Shown here piece by piece: positions 29,901 to 37,050 of a stretch of DNA of 37,613 bases. A model generated the notes under the pieces. That model was not told the DNA's origin. It saw only the letters and a program-made list of their open reading frames with translations, and ran no database searches. Where the stretch lies: IMG/VR virus record IMGVR_UViG_3300025429_000037, positions 1-37,613 of that record. One strand, written 5' to 3'. The stretch comes from a virus. Its lineage: Duplodnaviria > Caudoviricetes. Position 1 is the first letter of the stretch. Every line of letters starts with the position of its first letter. The position numbers and the translations under genes were made by a program.

Positions 29901-30736
29901 CCGCTTCATTTGCAAATAACTTCACAGCTTCAAATATAGTTGTTACTGGTACTCTTATAGCTCAAACTTTAATAGTTCAAACTGTATCTGCATCACAGGA
30001 ATATAGTAGTGGATCTAATATATTTGGTAATTCACTAACAAATACGCAAGTCATGACTGGTAGTGTTAGCATTACTGGATCTTTAACTGTTAATGGATCT
30101 ACAGCAATACTTACAAATCAAACTGGATCGATGAATGTGTTAAGTTCTTCTTATGCATTCACTGCAAGTTCTGCAATAAGTTCTTCGTATTCTTATACTG
30201 CATCTAGCGCGATATCTAGTTCGTACGCATTTACAGCAAGTTCTACGATAAGTTCTTCATATTCATACACAGCTTCTAGTGCAATAAACGCTTCGGCTTC
30301 TTTAATTTCAATAAGCTCTTCGTATGCACAAACATCTTCTTATGGAATTTCTTCTATAAGTTCATCTTATGCTCAAACTTCTTCTTACGCGAATGCAACA
30401 GCTACTAATCCTTATACAATTGGAGGTAACGCAATATATTACTCTACTGTTAACACATCTATAGTTGGAGCAAACAATATGTTTACTTTGGCAACTGGAT
30501 CATTTACATCAGGATTTTTTAAATACACTGTTTATACTGGATCTAACGCTAGAGCTGGAGAAGTATTTGCATCTTGGATAAATGGAGCTATTCAATACAC
30601 GGATTTTTCTACTCCCGATAATGGCTTAACTACACAAGTAACAATGTCAGTAGCGATAGTTACTTCTCAATTACAATTTAATGTACAGACAAATACCTCA
30701 GGATGGACAATTAAATCACAAGCAACTTTAATGTAA
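23969..30736 (+). CDS. Giant Ser/Ala/Thr-rich repetitive virion fibre protein (2255 aa)
   Basis: Tandem SSSYAYTASSAI / NASASLIAI units, SGSFTGSF and TGSLFGT motifs, G-x2-AG repeats at about 24900-25350, very few charged residues. Confidence 0.75.
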   Translation: MSSIKSKQLLYPLSGSFTGSFSGSFLGNIIGTASVASNAISSSYAYTASSAISSSYAYTASSAIIASASLIATSASYAFTASSTINAFSASYSQTSSFANTFTVAGTLTAQTLVVTTISSSVEYSSGSNIFGNSLTNTQVFTGSVSITGSLSVNNISVLLSNQTSSISVLSASYAYTASSAISSSLSQTASYVLNAVSSSYSYTASSAINASASLIAISSSYSYTASSAISSSFSITSSVAYSGTGSFTGSFIGIHSGSLFGTASQAISSSYALTASYLSGYVSPFPYTGSAIISGSLNIIGNLTFINSSSYIGNLAGFGASSASYSVFLGDQAGLNASNASNTTLLGALSGLNAYSSSFLTAIGFSAGISSSNSIYGTIIGSYSGYSGLGLYGSNVIGLYAGAISSASYYSNIIGPYAGYKLTGSAYSNIIGYNAGFNSNLGNNNIIIGTEITLASGSVNSINIGGLIFGSGSYFSTNSVSSGSANGKIGINQPNPQYSLDVSGSLNVTNGITGSLFGTSSQAVSASYAYTASSTINASASLISISASYSYTASSAILASASLIAISSSYSYTASSAISSSFANSSSVTYSGTGSFTGSFVGVYTGSLFGTSSQSISSSYAYTASSAINASASLVTVSASYAYTASSAILASASLIATSASYSYTASSAINASASLVSISSSYAQTASFANNFTASNILVTGTLTAQTLVVQTVTASQEYSSGSNVFGNSLTNTQVFTGSVSITGSLSVNSIPVVLSNQTGSMSVLSASYAYTASSAISAYTASSAISSSFSITSNVAYSGTGSFTGSFIGAHTGSLFGTASIATSASYTQLAATSSNIQGGTANYLALWSGSTQLSASSIYQTASTVIINQTGYTTANPEALYVWQSSSSSFNVISGKGNLNNYLQLNIQNTNAGNTVSSDIVATANNGDENGNYIDIGINGQNFNGTVGFGPGGPNDAYLYNTGSNLYIGNYSPNQSLFLFNGYQGDHSSSFQIAPNLNIYISSSLTVTGSINAIAGVTGSLFGTASYAIRSISSSLATSSSYAYTASSAILASASLVATSASYAFTASSAISSSYAYTASSAINASASLISISSSYSYTASSAISSSYALTASYALNAAAASSFPYTGSAIISGSLTVTGSIIATLGFSGSLFGTSSQAISASYAYTASSAISSSWSVNSIVTASVLNTTITFTKGDGSTFNVTVSQSGSVATASYALTAATASYVLNAISSSYSYTASSAISASYTFTASSAISSSYSYTASSAISSSLSQTASYVVTAQTASYVLNTISASFSSTASYLNPLNQTVTLTGSFNVTGSTIQIGNNTLIGNTILSGSIIISGSSSPGSLTSSIKIYGNIDTNGYVRFNPITTNIDTTVSASYIYVSGSTQDLYFSQNSAGYANTTRLRWLEGNLYTGLLNGGIISQSSSTVYTVSSGSGIFVSLNASTGSNPYPIITYINWPTLSASIAPLSASFDQSFVSITSAGTINTQGIPYNDGQFNTLIPIGLVLHQNHSTINGVKTQPSLAYGYKQRVSVFTQAFGPLKLSGFNLLVSGSSTGSLIVSAGTSYDDGTNYPIDPNNPSYIQDSGTNVSKIWRYYQSGSGTNNWVYNTNAGSGFTTIDPTQYSNNGVLTSVPGNGSNRNWSIQRCYWFPNSVSKAIVVYYGNAVYPDQGTALANLNIETFTEAPNTQANAVYLGALLVQNNANFTNTATYVIVPSGLFRSIGGSGGGGGTITQTLNGLSDVNVTDGISIDGNPLTYSDSLGVWVAGTYLSASISGNATTATTASYALTASYVLNAISSSYAYTASSAISSSYAFTASSAINASASLVAISSSYAYTASSATNASASLISISSSYSYTASFAISASFANTSSVAYSGTGSFTGSFIGIHTGSLFGTSSQAISSSYAYTASSAINSSASLIAISSSYAYTASSAIVASASLIATSASYAFTASSAILASSSLIAVSSSYAQTASFANNFTASNIVVTGTLIAQTLIVQTVSASQEYSSGSNIFGNSLTNTQVMTGSVSITGSLTVNGSTAILTNQTGSMNVLSSSYAFTASSAISSSYSYTASSAISSSYAFTASSTISSSYSYTASSAINASASLISISSSYAQTSSYGISSISSSYAQTSSYANATATNPYTIGGNAIYYSTVNTSIVGANNMFTLATGSFTSGFFKYTVYTGSNARAGEVFASWINGAIQYTDFSTPDNGLTTQVTMSVAIVTSQLQFNVQTNTSGWTIKSQATLM
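24248..30176 (+). repeat. Three copies of a roughly 90-aa module (QTxSFAN...EYSSGSNxFGNSLTNTQVxTGSVSITGSLxVN...NQT) at about 24248-24513, 26024-26304 and 29897-30176
   Basis: Copies 1 and 2 share an identical 50 nt (24362-24411 = 26153-26202) and an identical 44 nt (24470-24513 = 26261-26304). Confidence 0.9.
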
Positions 30737-30740
30737 AAAT

Positions 30741-30917
30741 ATGTGGCAAGTACAAATGCAATTTATTCCTGGAAATAATATGATATGGGTAGCTCAATTA
30801 ACTCCCAGTGATCTGATTTATAATTATGATAATGAAATAGACGCTCAAAATCAAGCAAATCTATTACAATCTCAAGATATTACAGGAAGACAGTATAGAG
30901 TAATTCAAATATCATAA
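30741..30917 (+). CDS. 58-aa hypothetical protein (not in ORF track), possible fibre chaperone/accessory
   Basis: MWQVQMQFIPGNNMIWVAQLTPSDLIYNYDNEIDAQNQANLLQSQDITGRQYRVIQIS; starts 4 nt after the fibre stop. Confidence 0.7.
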   Translation: MWQVQMQFIPGNNMIWVAQLTPSDLIYNYDNEIDAQNQANLLQSQDITGRQYRVIQIS

Positions 30918-30962
30918 TATTTATTGGTGTAAACCCACGCTTTAGGGACAGTGAACTAGAGC
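30917..30962 (+). promoter_or_regulatory. ATATTTAT motif plus leader hairpin with purine-rich loop
   Basis: ATATTTAT at 30917-30924. GCTTTAG-GGACAGTGAA-CTAGAGC at 30939-30962, 9 nt before ATG 30972. Confidence 0.55.
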
Positions 30963-30971
30963 ACAACATAA

Positions 30972-32162
30972 ATGGCAAATGAATTTATAGGACGTAATGG
31001 TATCATTGCGCTTAATAACTCACAAATAACAGGTTCTCTTAGCGTATCTAATGGTATAACAGGATCTTTATTTGGAACTGCATCACAAGCTATTACTGCT
31101 TCATTAGCATTAACTGCGAGTTATTTATTAGGATCAATAACATCTGCATCATATGCATACACCGCGTCATCTGCAACAAATGCATTCAATGCTGTTACAG
31201 CTTCTTACGCATTAGCTGGAGGTAGTGGAGCAAATCCGTTTCCTTATACTGGAAATGCAGTAATTACTGGAAGTTTAACAGTGTATACAGGAAGTCTTGT
31301 ATTATTATCTTCTAAATCTGGAATATTATTCAATCAGACTCTATCTCAGTCATCAACTCCTGCCTCTTCATCAGTTATTTATGGAGTGAATATAACACCT
31401 ACTTTTGTAAATAGTACAGGTTCTCAAACTCAAACTGCTTTAAGAGTTCAAGCTACATTTACTGGATCTTTTACTGGATCTGCAACAACAAATAGGATAG
31501 TTGATTTTGGAGCAACTTCAGTAGGATCACAATTTACAGTTACAGATCAAACATCAGGATCTATTTATATGGTAAATGATGTATCTGGTTTACCTATAAT
31601 AGAAGCAAAATCAGATTGGACTGTTAACTTATATAACTATCCAAATATAGTATTACAAAAGACAGGAAGTTTAATAAATATAAGTGGATCTTTAATTGTT
31701 ACAGGTAGTATTACAGGGTCATTACTAGGTACGTCCTCTTATGCAGTTCAAGCTTTAACAGCTTCTTATGCATTAACTTCTTCCTTTGCAGTAGCTTTTA
31801 CAGCATCAACCTTAGTAGCAACTTCTTACGTAGGAAGTGGTACACCAACATTAGTAACAGGATCAGGATTAGGAACAGGAGCATCAGGTTCAATAAGAGG
31901 ATCTAACAATGGGGGTATTATAACATTTGTAGTAGGATCATCACCCGTAGCAAATGCTGGTTTAGCTGTAGTAACTTACACATCAGCATTTCCAAACGGA
32001 TCATCAATAGTATTATTTCCTGCAAACGCATCTGGTTCAACAATGCCTACATCTAGTATATTCGTTTCTGGAAGTACAACAAACTTTACAGTATCATCTA
32101 GTACAGTAGCATTACGTGCTTCTGTAACAGCAAGCTGGAATTATATAGTAATGGGATTTTAA
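30972..32162 (+). CDS. Ser/Thr-rich fibre/virion protein (MANEF N-terminus)
   Basis: Shares TGSLFGTASQA, ASYAYTASSA and FPYTG motifs with the giant fibre; also VNDVSGLPIIE. Confidence 0.7.
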   Translation: MANEFIGRNGIIALNNSQITGSLSVSNGITGSLFGTASQAITASLALTASYLLGSITSASYAYTASSATNAFNAVTASYALAGGSGANPFPYTGNAVITGSLTVYTGSLVLLSSKSGILFNQTLSQSSTPASSSVIYGVNITPTFVNSTGSQTQTALRVQATFTGSFTGSATTNRIVDFGATSVGSQFTVTDQTSGSIYMVNDVSGLPIIEAKSDWTVNLYNYPNIVLQKTGSLINISGSLIVTGSITGSLLGTSSYAVQALTASYALTSSFAVAFTASTLVATSYVGSGTPTLVTGSGLGTGASGSIRGSNNGGIITFVVGSSPVANAGLAVVTYTSAFPNGSSIVLFPANASGSTMPTSSIFVSGSTTNFTVSSSTVALRASVTASWNYIVMGF

Positions 32163-32175
32163 AAATAATAGTTTT

Positions 32176-32937
32176 ATGTCAGTTTATAAAAATACACCAC
32201 CAATAGTAACAAATGGATTAGTAATTTACTACGATCCTGCTAATAGTCAAAGTATTGTATCTGGAAGTAGTCTATTAACTGATATATCATATACCGATAA
32301 AATATCAGGATCATTATCAGCAGCTGCTGCTTATGGAACAGTATCTGCATCCTATAATTCTTTATATGGCGGAACCTTGCAATTTGACGGAACAAGTAGT
32401 TATGTAAATTTAGATAACTCAACAGCAATTCTTTTTCCTTCACAAAGCGCTAAATCGATGTTTGCATGGATTAATCCTACTAATGCAGATAGCACGGGTA
32501 TTGGTGATACGAGGATAATATATTTATCTCCAAGTGGAAATAGTAATAACTTAACTTTAACTATATCAAGCACATATCCTTCTAGTTCTGCTAATAGCAC
32601 GTATGTAATTGGTGGTACTCCTGATAATAATGGTCACTACGGCTATACTACTACAGCCTTTCCATTAAATCAATGGGCTTATGTAGGATGGACCTTTGAT
32701 GGAACAAATTGGATGAGTTATTATAATAATACACCTTATTCATCCAGTAATACTGCATCACCAATTACATCCTTTGTATTTTCAGTAACAGGATTTTTTC
32801 TAGGTTCTAGAATTAATAATTCATCTACTTTTTTTCCTGGATTAATGGGGCCAATTCAAATGTATAATCGGGGATTATCTCAAGCGGAAGTAACACTAAA
32901 CTACAACGCACATAAATCACGCTTTAATTTAACATAA
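32176..32937 (+). CDS. LamG/concanavalin A-like lectin-fold virion protein, paralog 1
   Basis: IVTNGLVIYYDPAN, LQFDGT, AWINP, NQWAYV, YNRGLS..EV..NYNA.KSRF. Confidence 0.8.
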   Translation: MSVYKNTPPIVTNGLVIYYDPANSQSIVSGSSLLTDISYTDKISGSLSAAAAYGTVSASYNSLYGGTLQFDGTSSYVNLDNSTAILFPSQSAKSMFAWINPTNADSTGIGDTRIIYLSPSGNSNNLTLTISSTYPSSSANSTYVIGGTPDNNGHYGYTTTAFPLNQWAYVGWTFDGTNWMSYYNNTPYSSSNTASPITSFVFSVTGFFLGSRINNSSTFFPGLMGPIQMYNRGLSQAEVTLNYNAHKSRFNLT

Positions 32938-33770
32938 TGGGAGTAAAAACACAAAATTCATATTATGTTTCACCACCAATTGTAACAAATGGACTAGTAA
33001 TTTACTACGATCCTGCTAATTCACTCAGCGCAAAATCAGGAAGTAGTATAGTAAACGACATAGGAGGTTTAAACAATATGCCTCAAACCATGTCTGTGTT
33101 AACTACTTATGGAGGTAATACATCTGCATCTTTTAACCCTTCTTATGGAGGAGTTTTGCAATTTGATGGTACAGGAAGTTATACTAGATGTCCTATAATA
33201 ACTCCCAATTTATCTTCAAGCATGCAAAATGGCAACGCTAAGTCGATATTTGCTTGGGTAAATGCTAAACTTTCATATAGTCAGTCTTTATATGATACTA
33301 GATTGGTTAATTACAACGATCCTGATGGAGTGGATTGGTGTAACCTTCTTTATACTGGAGATTATGCTGCTTCTACAAGTTTTTTTCAATTTGGAGGAAC
33401 TTGTAATGCTAACACAAACTGGGGATTTACTGGAGGTCCTTTATACGCTAGTACAGCTGGAACCTATCTTACCAATGGAGTTCCATGTAATCAATGGGTT
33501 TATATAGGATGGACTTATGATACATTAGTAACTTTTCAATGCTATTATAATGGAGTGCCTATAGCGCATGGTCAACAACCTGGCCACCTTACTCCATCAA
33601 ACTCAGGAGATACAGGACTATTATTAGGAGCTAAAACAGACACTACATCAGCAAATACTTTATTTTTTCCTGGTCTAATGGGACCTGTTCAAATATATAA
33701 CAGAGCACTATCTCAAACAGAAGTAGTACAAAATTATAATGCACAAAAATCGAGATTTGGATTAATTTAA
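32937..33770 (+). CDS. LamG/concanavalin A-like lectin-fold virion protein, paralog 2
   Basis: Same motif set as paralog 1; TAATG-coupled. Confidence 0.8.
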   Translation: MGVKTQNSYYVSPPIVTNGLVIYYDPANSLSAKSGSSIVNDIGGLNNMPQTMSVLTTYGGNTSASFNPSYGGVLQFDGTGSYTRCPIITPNLSSSMQNGNAKSIFAWVNAKLSYSQSLYDTRLVNYNDPDGVDWCNLLYTGDYAASTSFFQFGGTCNANTNWGFTGGPLYASTAGTYLTNGVPCNQWVYIGWTYDTLVTFQCYYNGVPIAHGQQPGHLTPSNSGDTGLLLGAKTDTTSANTLFFPGLMGPVQIYNRALSQTEVVQNYNAQKSRFGLI

Positions 33771-33781
33771 ATACCTATAAG

Positions 33782-33807
33782 ATATTTATTAAAGTATAGA
33801 TATTTAT
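33782..33807 (+). promoter_or_regulatory. Tandem ATATTTAT motifs upstream of the glycosyltransferase cluster
   Basis: Copies at 33782-33789 and 33800-33807. Confidence 0.6.
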
Positions 33808-33824
33808 AGATATATTAAACTGTT

Positions 33825-35081
33825 ATGAGTAAAATATTTATTTCTATAGCGAGCTACAGAGATCCTGAATTATTACCTACAATAAAGGACTGCATAGCAA
33901 ACGCTAAATATCCTGAAAATTTAATATTCGCCATTGGTTGGCAACATTCATCTGAAGACGAATGGGATACTTTAAAAGAATTTAAAGATGATCCTAGATT
34001 TAGAATTACAGACATTAATTACGAAGATTCCGAAGGAGTTTGTTGGGCAAGAAATTTAATACAGCAAGACTATAAAGGAGAGGATTATTATTTTCAATTA
34101 GATTCCCATCACAGATTTATTAAACACTGGGATACGGAATTAATTGATATGATCCACTATCTTCAGTGTAAAGGTCATTACAAACCAATTCTATCAACCT
34201 ATTTACCATCATATTTTCCAGATAAAGATCCTGAAGATAGAATTCAAGATGTGTGGATGCTTAACATAGATAGATTTATGCCACAGGGCGCTGTTTTTTT
34301 AAGACCTCAAGGTTTGGATGGTTGGAGAGATTTAAAAGAGCCTGTTTTATCTAGATTTTTGTCTGCGCATTTTATATTCACGATTGGAAAATTTGTAGAA
34401 GAAGTTCCTTACGACCCTAACTTTTATTTTCACGGAGAAGAAACTTCTTTAGCTGCTAGAGCATACACTTATGGATACGATTTATTCAATCCGCATAAAG
34501 TTTACGCTTGGCATGAATACACACGCGAAGGAAAGAAAAAACATTGGGATGACAATTCAGAATGGGCAGAAAAAGACAATAAATCTTATAGTCGTTTTAG
34601 AAAATTATTTGAAATGGATCCTGGATGTGGTCCATGTACTAGAAAGACTTTACAACCTTACGTATTTGGTCCTAATAGAACTTTAGAGGATTACGAAAAA
34701 TACGCAGGTCTAAAATTTAAAACAAGACAGATCCACAAGCACACACTAACTCACAAACCACCTCCAACTATTGGAGATTATGAAGAAGGTTTGTGCAGTA
34801 AACAAAAAATTTGTATAGACGTTTATAAAGGAAGTTTAACAGAAACTGATTATAATACATTTGCAGTCGCAACATTGGACGAAAATGGAAACGATCTATA
34901 CAGGCAAGATTGTGATAAAGATGAAATTAAAAGATTGATGGAAGAAATTCCTGAGGATCAATTTATACACATTTGGAGGGATTATGAAGATACAAAAGCT
35001 CCACACAGTTGGAGAGTTTGGCCGCACAGTGAATCAAAAGGATGGATGGACGTAATACAACAAGTTATAACCTATGAATAA
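33825..35081 (+). CDS. GT60-like (GlcNAc-transferase family) GT-A glycosyltransferase, paralog 1
   Basis: IFISIASYRDPEL, GVCWAR, QLDSHHRF (DxH), VPYDP.FYFHGEE, YTYGYDLF. Confidence 0.85.
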   Translation: MSKIFISIASYRDPELLPTIKDCIANAKYPENLIFAIGWQHSSEDEWDTLKEFKDDPRFRITDINYEDSEGVCWARNLIQQDYKGEDYYFQLDSHHRFIKHWDTELIDMIHYLQCKGHYKPILSTYLPSYFPDKDPEDRIQDVWMLNIDRFMPQGAVFLRPQGLDGWRDLKEPVLSRFLSAHFIFTIGKFVEEVPYDPNFYFHGEETSLAARAYTYGYDLFNPHKVYAWHEYTREGKKKHWDDNSEWAEKDNKSYSRFRKLFEMDPGCGPCTRKTLQPYVFGPNRTLEDYEKYAGLKFKTRQIHKHTLTHKPPPTIGDYEEGLCSKQKICIDVYKGSLTETDYNTFAVATLDENGNDLYRQDCDKDEIKRLMEEIPEDQFIHIWRDYEDTKAPHSWRVWPHSESKGWMDVIQQVITYE

Positions 35082-36339
35082 ATTAGAAACAATACTAGTT
35101 CATCTTCCATCGTATCGCGATCCAGAGTTAATTCCAACTATAGAAGATGCATTAATAAAAGCAAAATATCCAGAAAGAATACATTTTGGAATATGTAGAC
35201 AATATCATCCTGAAGATGGATTTGATGACACATCAAGATTCGAAGACGACGAAAGATTTCACATTATGGAAGTTTTGTATACAGAAGCCAAAGGTTTACC
35301 ATGGGCAAGGGCTCAAATAAATGAAAATTTATTAACAGACCAAGATTATATTTTACAGTTAGATTCTCATCACAGATTTGCAGAAGATTGGGATGAAACC
35401 TTAATCGATATGCATAATTCATTAGAAGCTGATGGATACAAACCAATTCTAGCGGCTTATTTACCTCTGTACACTCCATTTGACGATCCAGATGGACGCG
35501 CCACAGTACCCTGGCAGCAACAATTCGCATGCTTCTACCCGCATGGTACAATATTCATTAGACCAGCTTTATTGGAAGGTTGGGAAACTATGACAAAGCC
35601 ACCGATGAGCAGATTTTTATCTGGACACTTCTGTTTTGCAAGATCAGAATGGGCAAGGGAAATAAGACACGACCCTGACATTTATTTTAGTGGAGAAGAG
35701 ATTAATTTAACTGTTAGATCTTATACTCATGGATACGACTTTTTTCATCCACATAAAATGATAATTTGGCATTCAACAATGAGGGAAGAAAGATCAGGTA
35801 TTTTAAAATGGGATGATGACTCAAAAAATAATATAGATTTTAATAGAAAGCAGGACTATGCAAGAAAAAAAATTAGATGTTTATTTAGAGTCGAAGAAGA
35901 CCCAGAAATTGATTTGACTGGTTATGATCTTGGAACTGTAAGAACTTTACGGGATTACGAAAAATACGCAGGAGTTAATTTTAAAACTAAAGCGGTTCAA
36001 AAATACACTGTAGATAATAAGTACCCACCCAATCCACTAATACAAAATGATGAATTATGGGAAGCGTCTTTCATGGAATCTTTTTATCATTTAGTTAATA
36101 TAGATAAAAGTTCATTCGCAAGAAATGACTATAAATTTGTTTTAGTCGCTTTTGATGACGAAAATGGAAATTCTTTAAGCACAAGATTTATAGACGATGG
36201 AAGATTAAATTATTTTAATCAAGGAAATAACATTCATTACGAAGAATTTTTCTTGACTCATAAAATTCCATCTAGAGTTGTTTATTGGGCTTATAATGAA
36301 GAAATAGGTTGGTGTGAAAGAATAGAAAAAATTTTATAA
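35074..36339 (+). CDS. GT60-like glycosyltransferase, paralog 2
   Basis: PSYRDPEL, GLPWAR, QLDSHHRF, YFSGEE, YTHGYDFF, LGTVRTLRDYE. Confidence 0.85.
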   Translation: MNKLETILVHLPSYRDPELIPTIEDALIKAKYPERIHFGICRQYHPEDGFDDTSRFEDDERFHIMEVLYTEAKGLPWARAQINENLLTDQDYILQLDSHHRFAEDWDETLIDMHNSLEADGYKPILAAYLPLYTPFDDPDGRATVPWQQQFACFYPHGTIFIRPALLEGWETMTKPPMSRFLSGHFCFARSEWAREIRHDPDIYFSGEEINLTVRSYTHGYDFFHPHKMIIWHSTMREERSGILKWDDDSKNNIDFNRKQDYARKKIRCLFRVEEDPEIDLTGYDLGTVRTLRDYEKYAGVNFKTKAVQKYTVDNKYPPNPLIQNDELWEASFMESFYHLVNIDKSSFARNDYKFVLVAFDDENGNSLSTRFIDDGRLNYFNQGNNIHYEEFFLTHKIPSRVVYWAYNEEIGWCERIEKIL

Positions 36340-36342
36340 TTT

Positions 36343-37050
36343 ATGGTAACAATAGGAGACGTTAAAATATCAGATATAGGATTTTTTATCAATTTAGATA
36401 GAAGAGAAGATAGAAAAGAAAAATTATTAGCTAATTTAAAAGAATACGACATAAAAAATGTAGAAAGATTTTCTGCAAGATCTGATACAGATACTCCTCA
36501 ACTTAATTTAATCAACACTACTTTTGATATATATGAAAATTTTTTAAGCACAGATAACGAAACTCTTTTAATACTTGAAGATGATTGCATGTTTTTACCT
36601 GAATTAAAAGATAATACTGCTAAAATATTTGATGATATATATTCCGTAGATTGGGATTTATTTTGGTTAGGGTGTGTTAATAGAAAACCACCCGTATTTT
36701 ATAAAAATAATTGTTATCAAGTATCTTCTCCTAGTTATGCACAATCTTATATTATAAAAAGAAAAATGGCAAAAGATATATTAGATAATTTTAAACATGA
36801 TTGGAATAGTTTAAATCCTGATGAACTTTTATGTCTTTTTGCTTACGGATATGATATAGCAAAAGATCCTTTTGGAAATGAATTTTACGAAAAAGATCAG
36901 CCGTTAGATTTTTTTAAAACTGAATATAAATGTTTATGTTACAATACGTGTTTTACAACTCAATATAATTCTTATTCTGATCTTTGGCTTCATGAAACTA
37001 ATTTAGAAGATTGGATACCTATGCATCATCCAAAATCTAAAGTATGGTAA
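36343..37050 (+). CDS. GT25-like glycosyltransferase
   Basis: FINLDRREDR, ERFSA, LILEDD, WDLFWLG, SYII. Confidence 0.8.
   Translation: MVTIGDVKISDIGFFINLDRREDRKEKLLANLKEYDIKNVERFSARSDTDTPQLNLINTTFDIYENFLSTDNETLLILEDDCMFLPELKDNTAKIFDDIYSVDWDLFWLGCVNRKPPVFYKNNCYQVSSPSYAQSYIIKRKMAKDILDNFKHDWNSLNPDELLCLFAYGYDIAKDPFGNEFYEKDQPLDFFKTEYKCLCYNTCFTTQYNSYSDLWLHETNLEDWIPMHHPKSKVW

Noticed and set aside
23969-30736. Ice-nucleation protein or bacterial serine-rich adhesin
   Set aside because: Lacks the AGYGSTxT octapeptide periodicity, a signal peptide and an LPXTG anchor; the context is phage structural.
1326-32600. Short minus-strand ORFs in the track (1326, 1770, 2616, 4775, 6091, 7042, 9673, 10093, 11902, 13054, 14579, 17045, 18875, 20349, 27895, 32240, 32400)
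   Set aside because: All lie antisense to well-supported plus-strand genes and show no motifs; they are shadow ORFs.
32176-33770. Diversity-generating retroelement TR/VR pair
   Set aside because: No reverse transcriptase in the window. The repeats are at the 5' ends of two full genes, and the mismatches (A/T, T/C) are not adenine-specific.
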